DNA from: the human T2T-CHM13v2.0 reference genome, Homo sapiens
DNA: 64,000 bases
Direction: 5' to 3' (one strand)
Assembly: GCF_009914755.1 (NCBI RefSeq)
Contig: NC_060928.1
Made by a program: the position numbers and the translations under genes. How positions within the stretch are numbered: position 1 is the first letter of the stretch; each line of letters begins with the position of its first letter. A model generated the notes under the pieces. The model was given only the letters and a program-made list of their open reading frames with translations, did not search any database and had not been told where the DNA came from. Below are positions 1-13,772 of the stretch, piece after piece.

Positions 1-9
1 TCATTTGCC

Positions 10-186
10 TTCCTTTTTTCCTTACTTCTTTTTCCCTCCCTGCCTCTTCCTTCCTCCCTTCTCTTTTACTTTTTCCTCTCCCCTTCCCTACTCTCCCCTC
101 CCCTCCCCTCCCCTGCTCTCCCCTCCCCTCCCCTGCTCTCCCCTCCCCTCCCTTCCTCTGCTCTCCTCTCCTTTCCCTTTTCTTTT
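10..186. repeat. Polypyrimidine (CCCTC/CT-rich) low-complexity repeat
   Basis: Almost purely C/T with repeated ctcccctccc units; the 5..232 ORF derives from it. Confidence 0.9.
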
Positions 187-350
187 CACAAGTATTTATT
201 GGTTGCCTACCATGTATCAGGCATGTTTTTAGGTGTTGTGGATATAGTAGTGAATAAAACAGACAAAATTCCTACTCTGATGGAACTTACCTAAGCTACT
301 AAACAAATGCATAGTAAGAGTTTAGAACTCATGGAGGAAATTGAAGCAGC
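186..350 (-). mobile_element. L2 LINE 3' end relic
   Basis: tcacaagtatttattg...tgcctaccatgtatcaggcatg...gatatagtagtgaataaaacagacaaaattcct resembles the reverse complement of the L2 3' terminus. Confidence 0.65.
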
Positions 351-401
351 ATAATGGAATTGCTGAGGTGCGATGCTCATGGTGAGGTGATGAGAAGTGG
401 A

Positions 402-731
<330 letters not shown>

Positions 732-3496
732 AAGAAGTGGTTTTGAAGGAAGAACCTACAGGGCTTGGTGATGGCTTGGATATGTGGTGTAGAGTAGAGT
801 AAGTGAAGCACCGAACTTTACCTAGTTATGTTGAACAATGTGACTGGACATAGTTTAGGATGAGGAATACATTTTCGGCCTTGGGTACAGAGTGACCTTG
901 GAGTTGATTTAATGAATGTAGTACTCTAGCAGCTTTCTGAGCCTTATGAGACTGAAATCTATATTGTTCACAGTGGACTCAGGAAAATACTCACAGAAGT
1001 GATTGCTGGTATTGAGAGAGTAGCTTCATGAAAGTAGGAGTAGGACTCTCCTGCTTGATTATGATATCTTCCTCCAAAGAGGAGAGCCATATCCCTGACT
1101 GACCAAGCGTTAATGTTTAAGTCATCTGGAATAAGAAGAAAAGCTGAGGAATGTTAGAGGAAGACACTCCTTATATTTCCTTTCATGTCGAGGGTATTCA
1201 GTGAACCACTGTCTTTCTATTCCTTTGCTTTGAGTGGCTTCTTTGATTGATAAATTTTGAAAGACAAAACCGGGCATGCCAGCCTCATCTTTGACCTTGT
1301 TCCTGTTGATCCGGAGCTGCTTACAGGGACTGTGTTCTTTGCCTCTGCTTTGTCTTGCCTTGCTGCGTAAATCTGGGGTTGAATGCTAGGAAGTCCATTT
1401 GACTCTCGAAGCAAGGGATGGCCTCTGACTTAGCCTTTATTAACTATGAAAGTGGTCTTCAGTCCTCTCTGTGCCACTCCTTAATTTTATATTTCAGTTT
1501 ACTGAGAACCCTGGTGGGGAAGAGAATTACTCTTTACTGAGTCCCCTAGAGAACCAAGAAGCAGTAAGAGAGTCACACCACTTTCTTCTGTTTCATAGCA
1601 GTTTGCAAAACAGAGTCACATGTGTGTTATCATCTATAGCTCCCATTTTTCTGGTGAAGGCATTGAGGTTTATAGAAGTTAAATGACAGGACCAAACCTA
1701 TAGAAACTAAAAGTAGCAGTGAGATACTATATCTACAGCTCCTTACTACAAATACAATGTTTCTTTCTTCTCACCATGACTACTTTGGAGATACATTAAG
1801 GATAAGTTTTCTTTTTGTCACTGGGGTGGTGCATACATGCATCAGAGTTTGAGCAGCAGCATAGGGAATCTCTGTCAAATTGTGAAAATAGAAAACTTGC
1901 CACTTTATATTTTCTGGAACCCTTTCACATTCATTCATCCATCTCACATTTGAAACATGTCAGATTTTTCACTGGTATCTGAAATGTATTCAAATATATT
2001 TCCTTGAGAATTGCCCTTCACGGAGTGTTTAATTTAAAGTGCTGAATTCTGGTATTAATTTTGTTCTGTTTGTTGACCTGGTGATATTTGTGGTTCAACT
2101 AAGATATAATAATATTCCAACAATGTTGAAGAATCTCCACAGCAGCTGCCTTCCAGTCACGTACTTTTTAATTCCTCCACCATAGCAGAATGCGCTATTA
2201 ATTATTGCAAAATTTTAAAAGTCTCCCGCTTCACAGTGGAAACTCTGTTGCGCTTATTTTAATGTGAAGGAAAATCTAACATGGTGAGTACCCAGGAGAG
2301 TCGTTATGGATAGACAGCAGTATAGTATGAATGGCCCTGGAATGTTGCCATGTGGCAGTAAACCCTTATCTCCAGCCAAGACCCATGAACGCAAATAGAA
2401 GGAATGTGAATTAGCCGTGGAGGCTGTGCGTTTACTATTAAGAGCAACTGTGCAATCTAGTTTTCAAGACCCGTGCTACCCAAACACATTTTTCTACATT
2501 ACATAATGTTATCATTTAAATATTGTCATTCAAATGTGAAGACCAGCTGTGCATATCAGGACACAGCTGTCAGGTTGAGGTGCAGATAAGCCATCTGGTG
2601 CCTGGTTCTAGGTGGTTAAATTCCAGCTGGGGATTTAACTTCATATCCAGCTGTGATAAAGTAAATTGAAGGCTGCATATTATTCCTCAGAAATCACTCC
2701 TTCGGGATAATTCTCAGAAATAAATTTTAACCAGAGGTGGTGTCATTGATTGGTTTTACACTTTCAATTATAGCATTTGCCAGAATAAAACCAAATGAAA
2801 AACTGTTCCGTCGTTTCATTTTCTTTGTATGAAATAAAACCAAATAGTTAAAGAGAATGAAGCTTCTTCAGTCTTCTTCAAATTACATCTGTTCAGGGAC
2901 AATCTGCTGTCAAATTACCTGGGTTCACACATCTCTCTAGATGACAAAAAGAAAAATCAGGTGATCCATAAAAGCTGAGTAGGAGAGCAAAGTGGTAATT
3001 ATCCTAATTTCCAGAATCATTATGTCTGGAGATATGTGAAATATGAGAAAGCAACACCGTTTTAACAACAGTCGTTTCTTGTGCTTAGACACACCTCTTT
3101 CTCGATTTCGAATGTTTTCAAGGAAAGGACGTTAAAATCCTGCCTTGCCCTTTTGTATGTGTGGCTAATCATGGAGTCCAAGAAGGAAAAAAAAACCTGA
3201 AAAAGTGAGCCTTCTCCACTGTCTTCAGGCATGTTTGTGTATAACTACCCAATTATGGAATTAATCTATATTACTGTTAAACATCTTCAAAGGAGTAGAC
3301 TTTTACTGTAACTTACTGCAACATTTTAGTGAATACTGTATAGATTATTTTATCTAAAGCAAATAACACTAGGATATATTAAGTAATGAGTGAGATAGAG
3401 TTATGGTATATATTATGTATGTTAGCTATCAAATAATTTAGCCAATATACAGGTAAAATGGTTTCTTCTTTCTTTAAAACTAATTTACTTAATTCT

Positions 3497-3792
3497 GGCT
3501 GGGGTGGTGGCTCAGGCCTGTAATCCCAGCACTTTGATAGGCCAAGGTGGGCAGATCACTTGAGGCCAGGAGTTACAGACCAGCCTGGCCAACATGGTGA
3601 AACCCCGCCTATAACAAAAATACAAAAAACTAGCCAAGTGTGGGGCACAGGCCTGTAATCCCAGCTGCTTGGGAGGCTGAGGCAGAAAGAATTGCTTGAA
3701 CGCAGGAGGCGGAGGTTGCAGTGAGCTGAGATCATGCCACTGCACTCCAGCCTGGGTAACAGAGTGAGATTCTGTCTGAAGAAAACAAAAAC
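3497..3792 (+). mobile_element. Alu (AluS-type), full length
   Basis: ggctggggtggtggctcag...ctgtctgaagaaaacaaaaac; TSD aaaactaattta(ct/tg)taattct at 3476-3496 and 3793-3813, preceded by TT/AAAA. Confidence 0.95.
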
Positions 3793-3810
3793 AAAACTAA
3801 TTTATGTAAT

Positions 3811-3900
3811 TCTCCCATCCAAGTACTAACCAGGACCGACCCTGCTTAGCTTCTGAGCTCAGACGAGAGCAGGCATGTTCAGGGTGGTATGGCCATAGAC
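3811..3900 (-). pseudogene. 5S rRNA retropseudogene, nt 1-90, 3'-truncated, no poly(A) tail
   Basis: Reverse complement gtctatggccataccaccctgaacatgcctgctctcgtctgagctcagaagctaagcagggtcggtcctggttagtacttggatgggaga matches the first 90 nt of mammalian 5S rRNA with a few substitutions; flanked by a direct repeat. Confidence 0.95.
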
Positions 3901-4345
3901 TAATTTATTTAATTCTATCCCACAGCTACTGATTGGAAAACCAACCTTGTATCTCTAGATGGAACTTTCTTCTGGCAGACACAATTGCTAATTTAAATAA
4001 ACTAAGAAGTGATTGTGGGTGTGTGTAGAGAAATTATTCAGTAAAGACAACATTTTCTTTTCAAAATGTGTTTAGGGAAAATCTTGTAGGAGGAGTATGT
4101 GAATCAACGGAATCCAGAGATAAGTATACTAATGCAAACTTCAAATGCAAACCTTCAGATTTGGCAGTTTATTTTCCTTTTGATTCTACATGCAGAACGC
4201 TTAAGTTCAGGACTTGTTTCTAAAGGTTTGAGATGTCTAAGATAAACCACTGAAAGTGGTATATTGTCAAAAAAACTGAAGGGAGATTATATTTCTTTTG
4301 CGTGTGTTTGTGGAGGGAAGAGAATTTAAACAAATATTTTTTGGA

Positions 4346-4658
4346 AGCCAGTCATGGTAGCTTATGCTTGTAAGGCTTATGCTTGTAATCCCAGCATTTT
4401 GGGAGCACGAGGAGGGATGTTTGCTTGAGGTTAGGAGTTCAAGACCAGCCTGGGCAACATAGTGAGACTGTCTCTACCAAAAATAATAAGAAAATTAGCC
4501 AGGTGTGGTGGTGCATGCTTATAGAGACAGCTACTGGGGAGGCTGAGGTAGGAGGATTGCTTGAGACCAGGTATTTGAGGTTACAGTGAACTAGGATCAT
4601 ACCAGAGCACTCCAGCCCGGGTGACAGAATAAGACCCTGTCTCTACAAAAAAAAAAAA
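4346..4658 (+). mobile_element. AluJ-type with a short internal tandem duplication
   Basis: Diverged Alu arms and poly(A); gcttatgcttgtaa repeated at 4360 and 4375. Confidence 0.9.
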
Positions 4659-5369
4659 GGTTTTTTAGAATTGGCATCAGGATTATACACTAATTAGCAA
4701 TTTCTCCAAAATATGTTTTAAAAATCTTATTAATACATTGAATACAAAATAAAGAAATCTCCCCTTTAAATTCTATAGGTGCCTGTACTCTACATTCCAT
4801 TCCCTGGACTAACTGGGGCTAACAGTAGCAATATAAGCAACTTTGTGGAGCACAGAAAGGCAGGCCTTGATTTCACGGAAATTATTAGTCAAAAGTGAGA
4901 AACAACAAGGAGAAAACAAGTTTACCAAAATTCTAAATTTACAAAGGTTCTAAACTCCTACTATGCCTCCTGTTTTTAGATTTTAACTGTTGACAGTTGT
5001 TAAATTTGAGACTATTTCTCTTCTCATCTAGAATACTTAAAAAATAATTTTTTCATGCTTTTTTTACTACAAGGTTTTGTACATTGAATTGAAGACAATG
5101 AAAAACTAAACTGAAAGTTGCTGCTACTTGGTGTTAGAGGTTTCATTACTTGACTGAAAAAAAATTAATTTTACTGAACTCACCATGCCGCTCCAAAGCC
5201 CTTCAGTGATGGCAAATAGCCCCTTCTTCCTTACAACAAAAAGGCTGTAACTGGGAGGGAAAGTGTAAGGAAAACCAATTTTCAGCGACTTCGGCTGTTC
5301 ACTTTATGTGAATTCTCTTTCTTTTGAAAATGGGAGGTGAGCAAGAATCTCCTGAGTTAGTGAATTTTA

Positions 5370-5777
<408 letters not shown>

Positions 5778-5944
5778 TCATATTAAGGGACAGGTTGAAG
5801 AGTCAGACCTTCTACAATAAAAAAGAGGTTTTTGGCTTATTTTTCATTTTCCTGACTCTGCCATGAGTTTTGGTTTCCCTCTAGGAGATGTGAGGAGCCT
5901 AAATATGTCAATATGTCATGTATGTATACAATAACATCATGACG

Positions 5945-6155
5945 ATGAACAGCTACCACATATTGTGTACTTACCAAGAACCTAGTACTATCCTGAGTAT
6001 TTCATGTGTTAACTTATTTAATCCTCTCACTATTATTATCCATGCTTTATAGGCGAGGAAAAGAAACCCAGAAAGGTTAAGCAACTTGTCCAAATTCTCC
6101 CAAATAGTACAGCTAGCATACCAACCCATAATATCTAATTCCAGAAACCACATTA
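5945..6155 (-). mobile_element. MIR SINE
   Basis: MIR core ttatttaatcctc...tattattatcc...gaggaa...gaaaggttaagcaacttgtccaa. Confidence 0.8.
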
Positions 6156-6884
6156 TTTTCTTTTAAATTATACTTCTTCCAAACTAATAGGTCATGTTAT
6201 ATTACATAATAACATCCGATTGTGTCTCATAAACAACTAAGACTCAGAATGTACCCACACACCACCCACCTGCACTCTTTCTCCTTAAACAACCAACCAA
6301 AGAAATGATTATGTTGAGGATATTTTAAATATGCTAGATTAGTAATCCTCTCATTATTTTTCTTTAAGTAAAATAATTTAAGGAAAGTAACTTGAAGATG
6401 ATGAAGTGAAAGGCAACAGAATAATTTAGCTTCTAAAATGGGTATTAGAGTACAGAGAACTTAAGCAGCTTTGACTTTAAGAGGGTTACCTAAATTGTAA
6501 TCAAATGCATTTCAAAAATCCCAAACAGCAAAGGACAAAGTTTCCATATCCATATATACCCTGAAGACAGGACAAGAAGAATTTTGCTCAACAGGTAGGT
6601 TTAGTTTAGACATAAATAAATCTTTCCAGGACTCTGTGACCTAAATCAAAGCCATAGAGAATCACTTGGTCACTGTTATCACAACTCATGTACCTGTTAA
6701 GGTCAATACTGTATCACTAACATTTCTTCCACCTCTATAATTTTATTGAACCTAACCAACAGTCAAGGTAGATGCTCTGTCCCCCTACTATTCAAACTGA
6801 TATGACTTGATTATAAGGGCTGTGATACAAATAACTGCTAAAGGTGATTATTTAATCATTGGGGAATTACAGAAAAAGCAGTAT

Positions 6885-7022
6885 GATGAATGCTTGATTC
6901 GTGATGGATACTCCAATTTTCCTGATTTGATCGTTATACATTGTGTGCTTGTATCAAAGTATCACATGTACCCCATAAATATGTACAACTAGTATGAATT
7001 CATAATAATAAAAAGCTTAAAA
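6885..7022 (+). mobile_element. L1M(A) 3' terminus fragment
   Basis: gtgatggatactccaattttcctgatttgatc...tatcacatgtaccccataaatatgtacaac followed by an A-rich end. Confidence 0.75.
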
Positions 7023-7760
7023 ATCCAGTATTATTACCATCCTATGGGAGCTGAATGGTGGTGTTTTACAATTTATTTTCAAATCTTTATATAATATCTC
7101 AGATAAACTTAATTAAATTCTAACCAACATGGGTTTGATAATCATGGATTTAGCCTATTCGTGGGTTAGAATCCTCTAGTCAAGCATCTAGTTTAGGTTA
7201 AAAACAAACAAACAAATATTCTTGCTGGGAAAACATTATGATAATCAAAATTACAATTTAATAGAAGACATAATCCTCTCTGAAGGAAAGATTTTAAGCT
7301 AAATTTTAACATAAAAAAATGCACAGTCAGCTCATTGCTAGTTGTTTGGAAGAGGAACAAAAGAACATTTCATTTTGAACAAAAACTAAATTATCTAAAC
7401 AGTTACTTGACATTTATAAAAACGGTAAGTCTTATGAAGCATCAATTAATCTTGCAAGTGCAAATCTATGTATTACTAATCCTTTAATCATCATATTGCT
7501 ATTATCTGGCTGTTCCAAATTTTCTCGGTCCACCCCAAGTTATGAAACCTAGATTATTGGTAAAATAGGGCCTGGAGGAACAAAATGGAACACTTCTTTA
7601 TCATTTTTTTAATACAAAGATATGACATTGCAAACTTGTGGTATGTGTTTGAATCTATGTTCTATCAGGCTATATTTCCTATGTATGTAACCCGTTTGAT
7701 CTTAATGAGCAGTTTTAAAAGTTCTGGTTCCTTCAATAATTTATTCTAAGTCACTATTAA

Positions 7761-8197
<437 letters not shown>

Positions 8198-8629
8198 AAC
8201 ATTAGGTTATTTAAATATGAGACGTTTCTTCACAAAGAGGCTTATTAGATTTTATATACTTGAATATAAATTACCCTCTTTTATCTGTTGGTTATAAACA
8301 TTCTCATTTATCTGACGTGAAGTAATTGTAATAATTTTAGGAGAATTGGGAAGGAAGTAGTTAACCTTAAAAACTCATCTCATGAATGTAGGTATGACAT
8401 ATACAATCTTGGGTAGGAAGTGATGAAATGGTAGCTGTCTAAGGCACTATTCTCAGAGTAGAAGAGACTGTTTAACGGTGATTAATGGGAATGTCATGGC
8501 ATACTTGAGGCTGCCTAGTGATGGAGGCGTAGGAGATCGTCTTGTCAGAGTGACTTTAAAGGCCCAAGCTTCCCACTCACTTTTCAGAAAAATGCAGTAC
8601 CCAGGGCTCGGTTGAAAATCCAGAGCTGG

Positions 8630-8913
8630 GGCTGGGCACAGTGGCTTACACCAATAGTCCCAGAACTTCATGAGGCTGAGTCTCAGCACGTGAGTTTGAG
8701 ACCAGCCTGGGGAACGTGGCAAAACCACTTCTGGACAAAAACTATAAAAATTAGCCAGGCATGGTGGTGTGCGCCTGTGGTCCCAGCTACTCAGGAGGCT
8801 GAGATGGGAGGATGGCTTCAGCCCAGGGAGGTCAAGGCTGCAGTGAGTGGTGATCATGCCACTGCGCTCCAGCCTGGGTGACAGCGTGAGACTCTATCTC
8901 AAAAGAAAAAGAA
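8630..8913 (+). mobile_element. AluJ-type
   Basis: gaggtcaaggctgcagtgag AluJ-like right arm; cagagctg in both flanks. Confidence 0.9.
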
Positions 8914-9452
8914 ACTGCAGAGCTGAAGCACCATGCAGTCATACCCAGAGTTGAATGAGAAAAGCAAACCTTTCATATAAATTAGGTGATATAGACTCGT
9001 GCTTAAAGATATATATTTGAGCAAGTGCAAGCAAAGGCTAAGGCTTACTAGTGAGGAAATTCAAAAACGTATGCCTGATGTCCTGGTGCAAAGGAAGCAC
9101 AGCAGAGTGGGTAAGACTACAAACCCTGGAGTCTTCAGGTGTATCTGTTTGAACCCACTATATAAATTTTGTTGTTTGTAGTATAGAACTATGTTTTTCA
9201 TATTGTAGAAAGTTTTCATTTCATCTAACTATTTCCTTGCTTATTTGATGTGTTAGTCCATCTTCCTAATAAAATCCTCTGTTTTGCCAAGAATTTCAGT
9301 TTCTTCAGTGGATTCTTTTATCATCTTCATAAAAGGCAGAGGAGATGTCTGGGTAGTGCACACAGTTGTGTCATAAAAGCTGGTGTCTCTTCTGAGAGTC
9401 TGGGTATCCTTTCTGATTAGCTAGTGCTGATGAGTCAAAAATAAATCATTTG

Positions 9453-9625
9453 GGCCGAGCGCGGTGGCTCATATCTGTAATCTCAGCACTTTGGGAGGCC
9501 GAGGCAGGTGGATCACCTGTGATCAGGGGTTTGTAACCAATCTGGCCATCATGCCGAAACCCCGTCTCCACTGAAAATAACAAAAATTAGCTGGGCCCTG
9601 TGGCGCACACCTGTAATCCCAGCTA
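9453..9625 (+). mobile_element. Alu 5' portion (left arm and start of right arm), no tail
   Basis: ggccgagcgcggtggctc...ctgtaatcccagcta, then an abrupt switch of orientation. Confidence 0.9.
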
Positions 9626-9817
9626 TTTGCTGTGTCACCCAGGCTGGAGTGCAGTGGCACAATCTCAGCTCACTGTAGCCTTCTCCGCCTCCTGGATTCA
9701 AGTGATTCTCTTGCCTCAGCCTCCCAAGTTGCTGGGATTATAGGCGTGTGCCATCATGCCCAGCTAATTTTTGTATTTTTTAGTAGAGATGTGAGTTCGC
9801 TATGTTGGCCAGCCTGG
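9626..9817 (-). mobile_element. Alu 3' portion, inverted, no tail
   Basis: tgtcacccaggctggagtgcagtggc...gttggccagcctgg directly abutting the plus-strand Alu. Confidence 0.9.
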
Positions 9818-9834
9818 GACCATTTAGATTATTT

Positions 9835-10410
9835 TCAATTTAATCACTTTTATTGAAGTATATAAGTTATACTAGATTTGTATGTATAGCTTACATATAT
9901 TTCTTATAGAAAGTATAAAAGTATACATGTGTGTATGTATGAGTGTACAAATATTAAGTATATAACTTGATGAATTTTTACATGTAAAAATTCACCAATG
10001 CAATCACCAGTTAGATCAAGTTATAGAACATTTTCAGCATCTCCCCTTAGTTAATTTCTACCTCCTTCCAAAAATAAGCCCTGTTCTTATCTCTATTGCC
10101 ACAGAACAGTTTGCCTGCTCTTGAACTTCACATACATGAAACCATACAGTCTGCATTCTTTTATGTGTGGCTTCTTTATTTCAACACTACATCTGTGAAA
10201 TTCATATACATCACTGCACGTAGCTATAGTTCCTTCTTTTTCATTCTTGTGTAGCACATTGTTCTACAGCCTGTTTATCCATTGTGGTATTGATTGATTG
10301 CATTGTTTCCAATTTGGGCTAGCTGTTACTAGTATGTTTGCATATGTTCTCGAGTAGACATAAGCATTCATTTCTGTAGTGTGTGTACCTACAACTCATT
10401 GCTCTTAAGC
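9835..10410 (-). mobile_element. Old L1M (L1ME/MD-like) 3' UTR
   Basis: ttttattgaagtata...gatgaatttttaca...cttgaacttcacatacatgaaaccatacag...gtttatccatt motifs. Confidence 0.75.
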
Positions 10411-11440
10411 AAGGTAAGTAAGGCACCTTTGTCCATTTCTTGGATTCTACCTATCTGCCTAAAGGGAGATTAACTCCCTTCATATGCTGAAATCCTCTTT
10501 GTGTAGGAATTGTTTCCTTGCTCATTTGATATGTTCATCTATCTCCCTAATAAAAGCTTCTGTTTTGTCAAGAAAGCAAAACAGAGTTGAAGTGATAGCT
10601 CGTAAGATTTAAGCATGAAGGTCTAACAGGACTATGCCATAGGCAGAGATCAAAAAAAAGAAAAAATGATAATTTTATCATTAAACCCACGGTCTCAGCC
10701 CAAATTCTCTGCTCCAGAAAAGCTAATCCAAACATTTCAGAAACTGTCATTACCTGCAGCAATTTCCAACTCATTCCTACAAAAATGTAAGAGGCATGCA
10801 CAGCTTCTTACAGCACCCTGATCTTTGAGAGAGAAATGCCAGCTCTTCTCTGCCTCATGACTTATACCTTCAGGCAGAGGAAGGAAAAGCAGTGTGAATT
10901 ATGTTTACATATGCTTAGGAATTGCATTTGACAAGGCATAATGAATCAGCGATGTTTTCTTGTTTGGTTTCTGTCTCAAAATTGATCTAGCTCCAAGTTT
11001 AGAAGACCCTACGACGTGACTCAGTAAGTGGCCTCACCTTCATCCGATTGCTCAGAATTAAAACCTAGAAGTCATCCTTGATTTTCTCCTCTCAAATCTG
11101 TCTCCATTCATCAGCACGTGCTTTTGACTCGATGAAACGCTCCAAACACAACTGCTTCCCACCGCCTCCACTGCTGCCTCTTGTCCCTGCAGCATCATCT
11201 CTCACCCACATTGGCCACAGCGGCTTGTTGTTGGTGTTCCTGCTTCTACTTTTGACTTGTTTCTATTGTCTTCCATGCCCACTGGAACTGTAATTATTTT
11301 TTGCAAATGTAAGTTAGATAATGACATTCCACTGTTAAAAAAAAAAACAAAACAGAAAACAAAATGAAAGAACAAAATAAAAATGTCTAGTGACCCCCTG
11401 TTACACCTAGCCGAAAATCCTTACTTGGCCCAGAAGGGCC

Positions 11441-11890
<450 letters not shown>

Positions 11891-12429
11891 AGGATCCTTC
11901 CACCACTCTCTTCCTCTCTCTATCTCCACCCCAGTTGCTTACTTGCTGTGTTTTGAGCACACTCTGATCCTTTCCACCCCAAAGCATGGATCATTCTTGC
12001 CCCAGATATTTGCATGAGCTATTCTTTCACACAAAGAGGTCTCTGCTCAAATGTTACCTTTTCAAATATATTTTCCCCAACGAACCTACCTAATGACTAT
12101 TTTTTTACCCTGTATATTTTTAGTTTTTATATGAAATTATATTACTTGCTTCTTTACCTGTTTATTGGTGCTCTTCCTCACAAGCATGTAAGTGCATGAA
12201 GATAGACACCTTGTCTTATTCACTAAGACATTATCACCCTGGCATATAGCGTGCTTGGAACTCATTCTCTGATTAGTGTTTTTCAGTGAAAAAAATGAGG
12301 ATTACTCAAGGTTCTGGGATCTGGATTTGCTACAAGTAGCTAATTGTAGCTTATGGATTCTCTGGTTTGTAAGGCTTTTGTTGCTTTTGTTCTATTTGCA
12401 ACCCTAGACTTTCCTTCCAGAAATAGTCA

Positions 12430-12830
<401 letters not shown>

Positions 12831-12953
12831 TCAAGTGAGTTGGCTGGCTGTGGGTCTTTGATTATTCCTCTCTGTTAGAGGGGCAGAATCCACCATTTTC
12901 TTAGGAGAATGGTGCAAGTGGGAAATCCTTGTCCTATAGGCTGAAGGCCAGTC

Positions 12954-12956
12954 ACT

Positions 12957-12987
<31 letters not shown>

Positions 12988-13190
12988 CTCTCTCAATAGG
13001 GTCTCACTCTATTCCTGGGCTGGAGTGCAGTGACACTATCACAGTGCACCATAGCCTCAACCTCCTGGACTCAGGTGATCCTCCTACCTCAGTCTCCCAA
13101 GTAGCTGGGACTACAGGTATGCGCCATTATTCCCAGCTATTTTTTATTATCTTTTTTGTAGAGATGGCGTTTCACCATTTTGCCCAGGCT
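12954..13190 (-). mobile_element. 5'-truncated AluJ with a CT-rich tail
   Basis: Right arm plus part of the left arm; acttctctctctct on both sides. Confidence 0.85.
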
Positions 13191-13599
13191 ACTTCTCTCT
13201 CTCTTTATTCATGCTTCCTTTCACTTTTTGATATCTAAGCCTTGCCCATCTCTTTTTCTCAGCCAGGGGGATGGATCTACACATAGAGGACTTAAGCTCT
13301 AGGTACAGACCTTCCACATACCTGTCTGCCTATCCCTGGCTTAGGTCTGGGTCCTGGTCACTCACAAAGAGGTCCAAGATGGGTATATTGCAGCTCCAAG
13401 GCAAGTAAATGCTGCAGATCTTTCTCCTGAATTAGAACTTGAATAAAGGAGGAGTCAGAGTCCAAAATCACCCTCCAGCATTGAGGCTGTGGGCTTACAG
13501 TGGTCGGGAGCGTCTGAGTGCTAACTCTTCCTGGCTAAAGATTGATTTCTCAGGAATAGAAAATCTCATTCATATTCATGTCGTAGGATCTTTCAACAT

Positions 13600-13772
13600 G
13601 CTACGGTGCTAATATTATTTCATTATTATAATCTTGGGAGTTATTTTCCTGGTGAAGAACCAGATGTATGAGAGATTAAGTTATTGGTCTAGAGTCATAT
13701 AGCTTGTGAGAAGAACTGAGGTTTGAACTTATCATTTGACTACAAGAACTGTGCATGCTACATTTTACCACA
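13600..13772 (-). mobile_element. MIR relic
   Basis: gagagattaagttattggtctagagtcatatagcttgtgag...ggtttgaact. Confidence 0.6.

Noticed and set aside
3811-3900. Functional 5S rRNA gene
   Set aside because: It lacks the last ~30 nt and the terminator, carries substitutions, is solitary and is flanked by a TSD.
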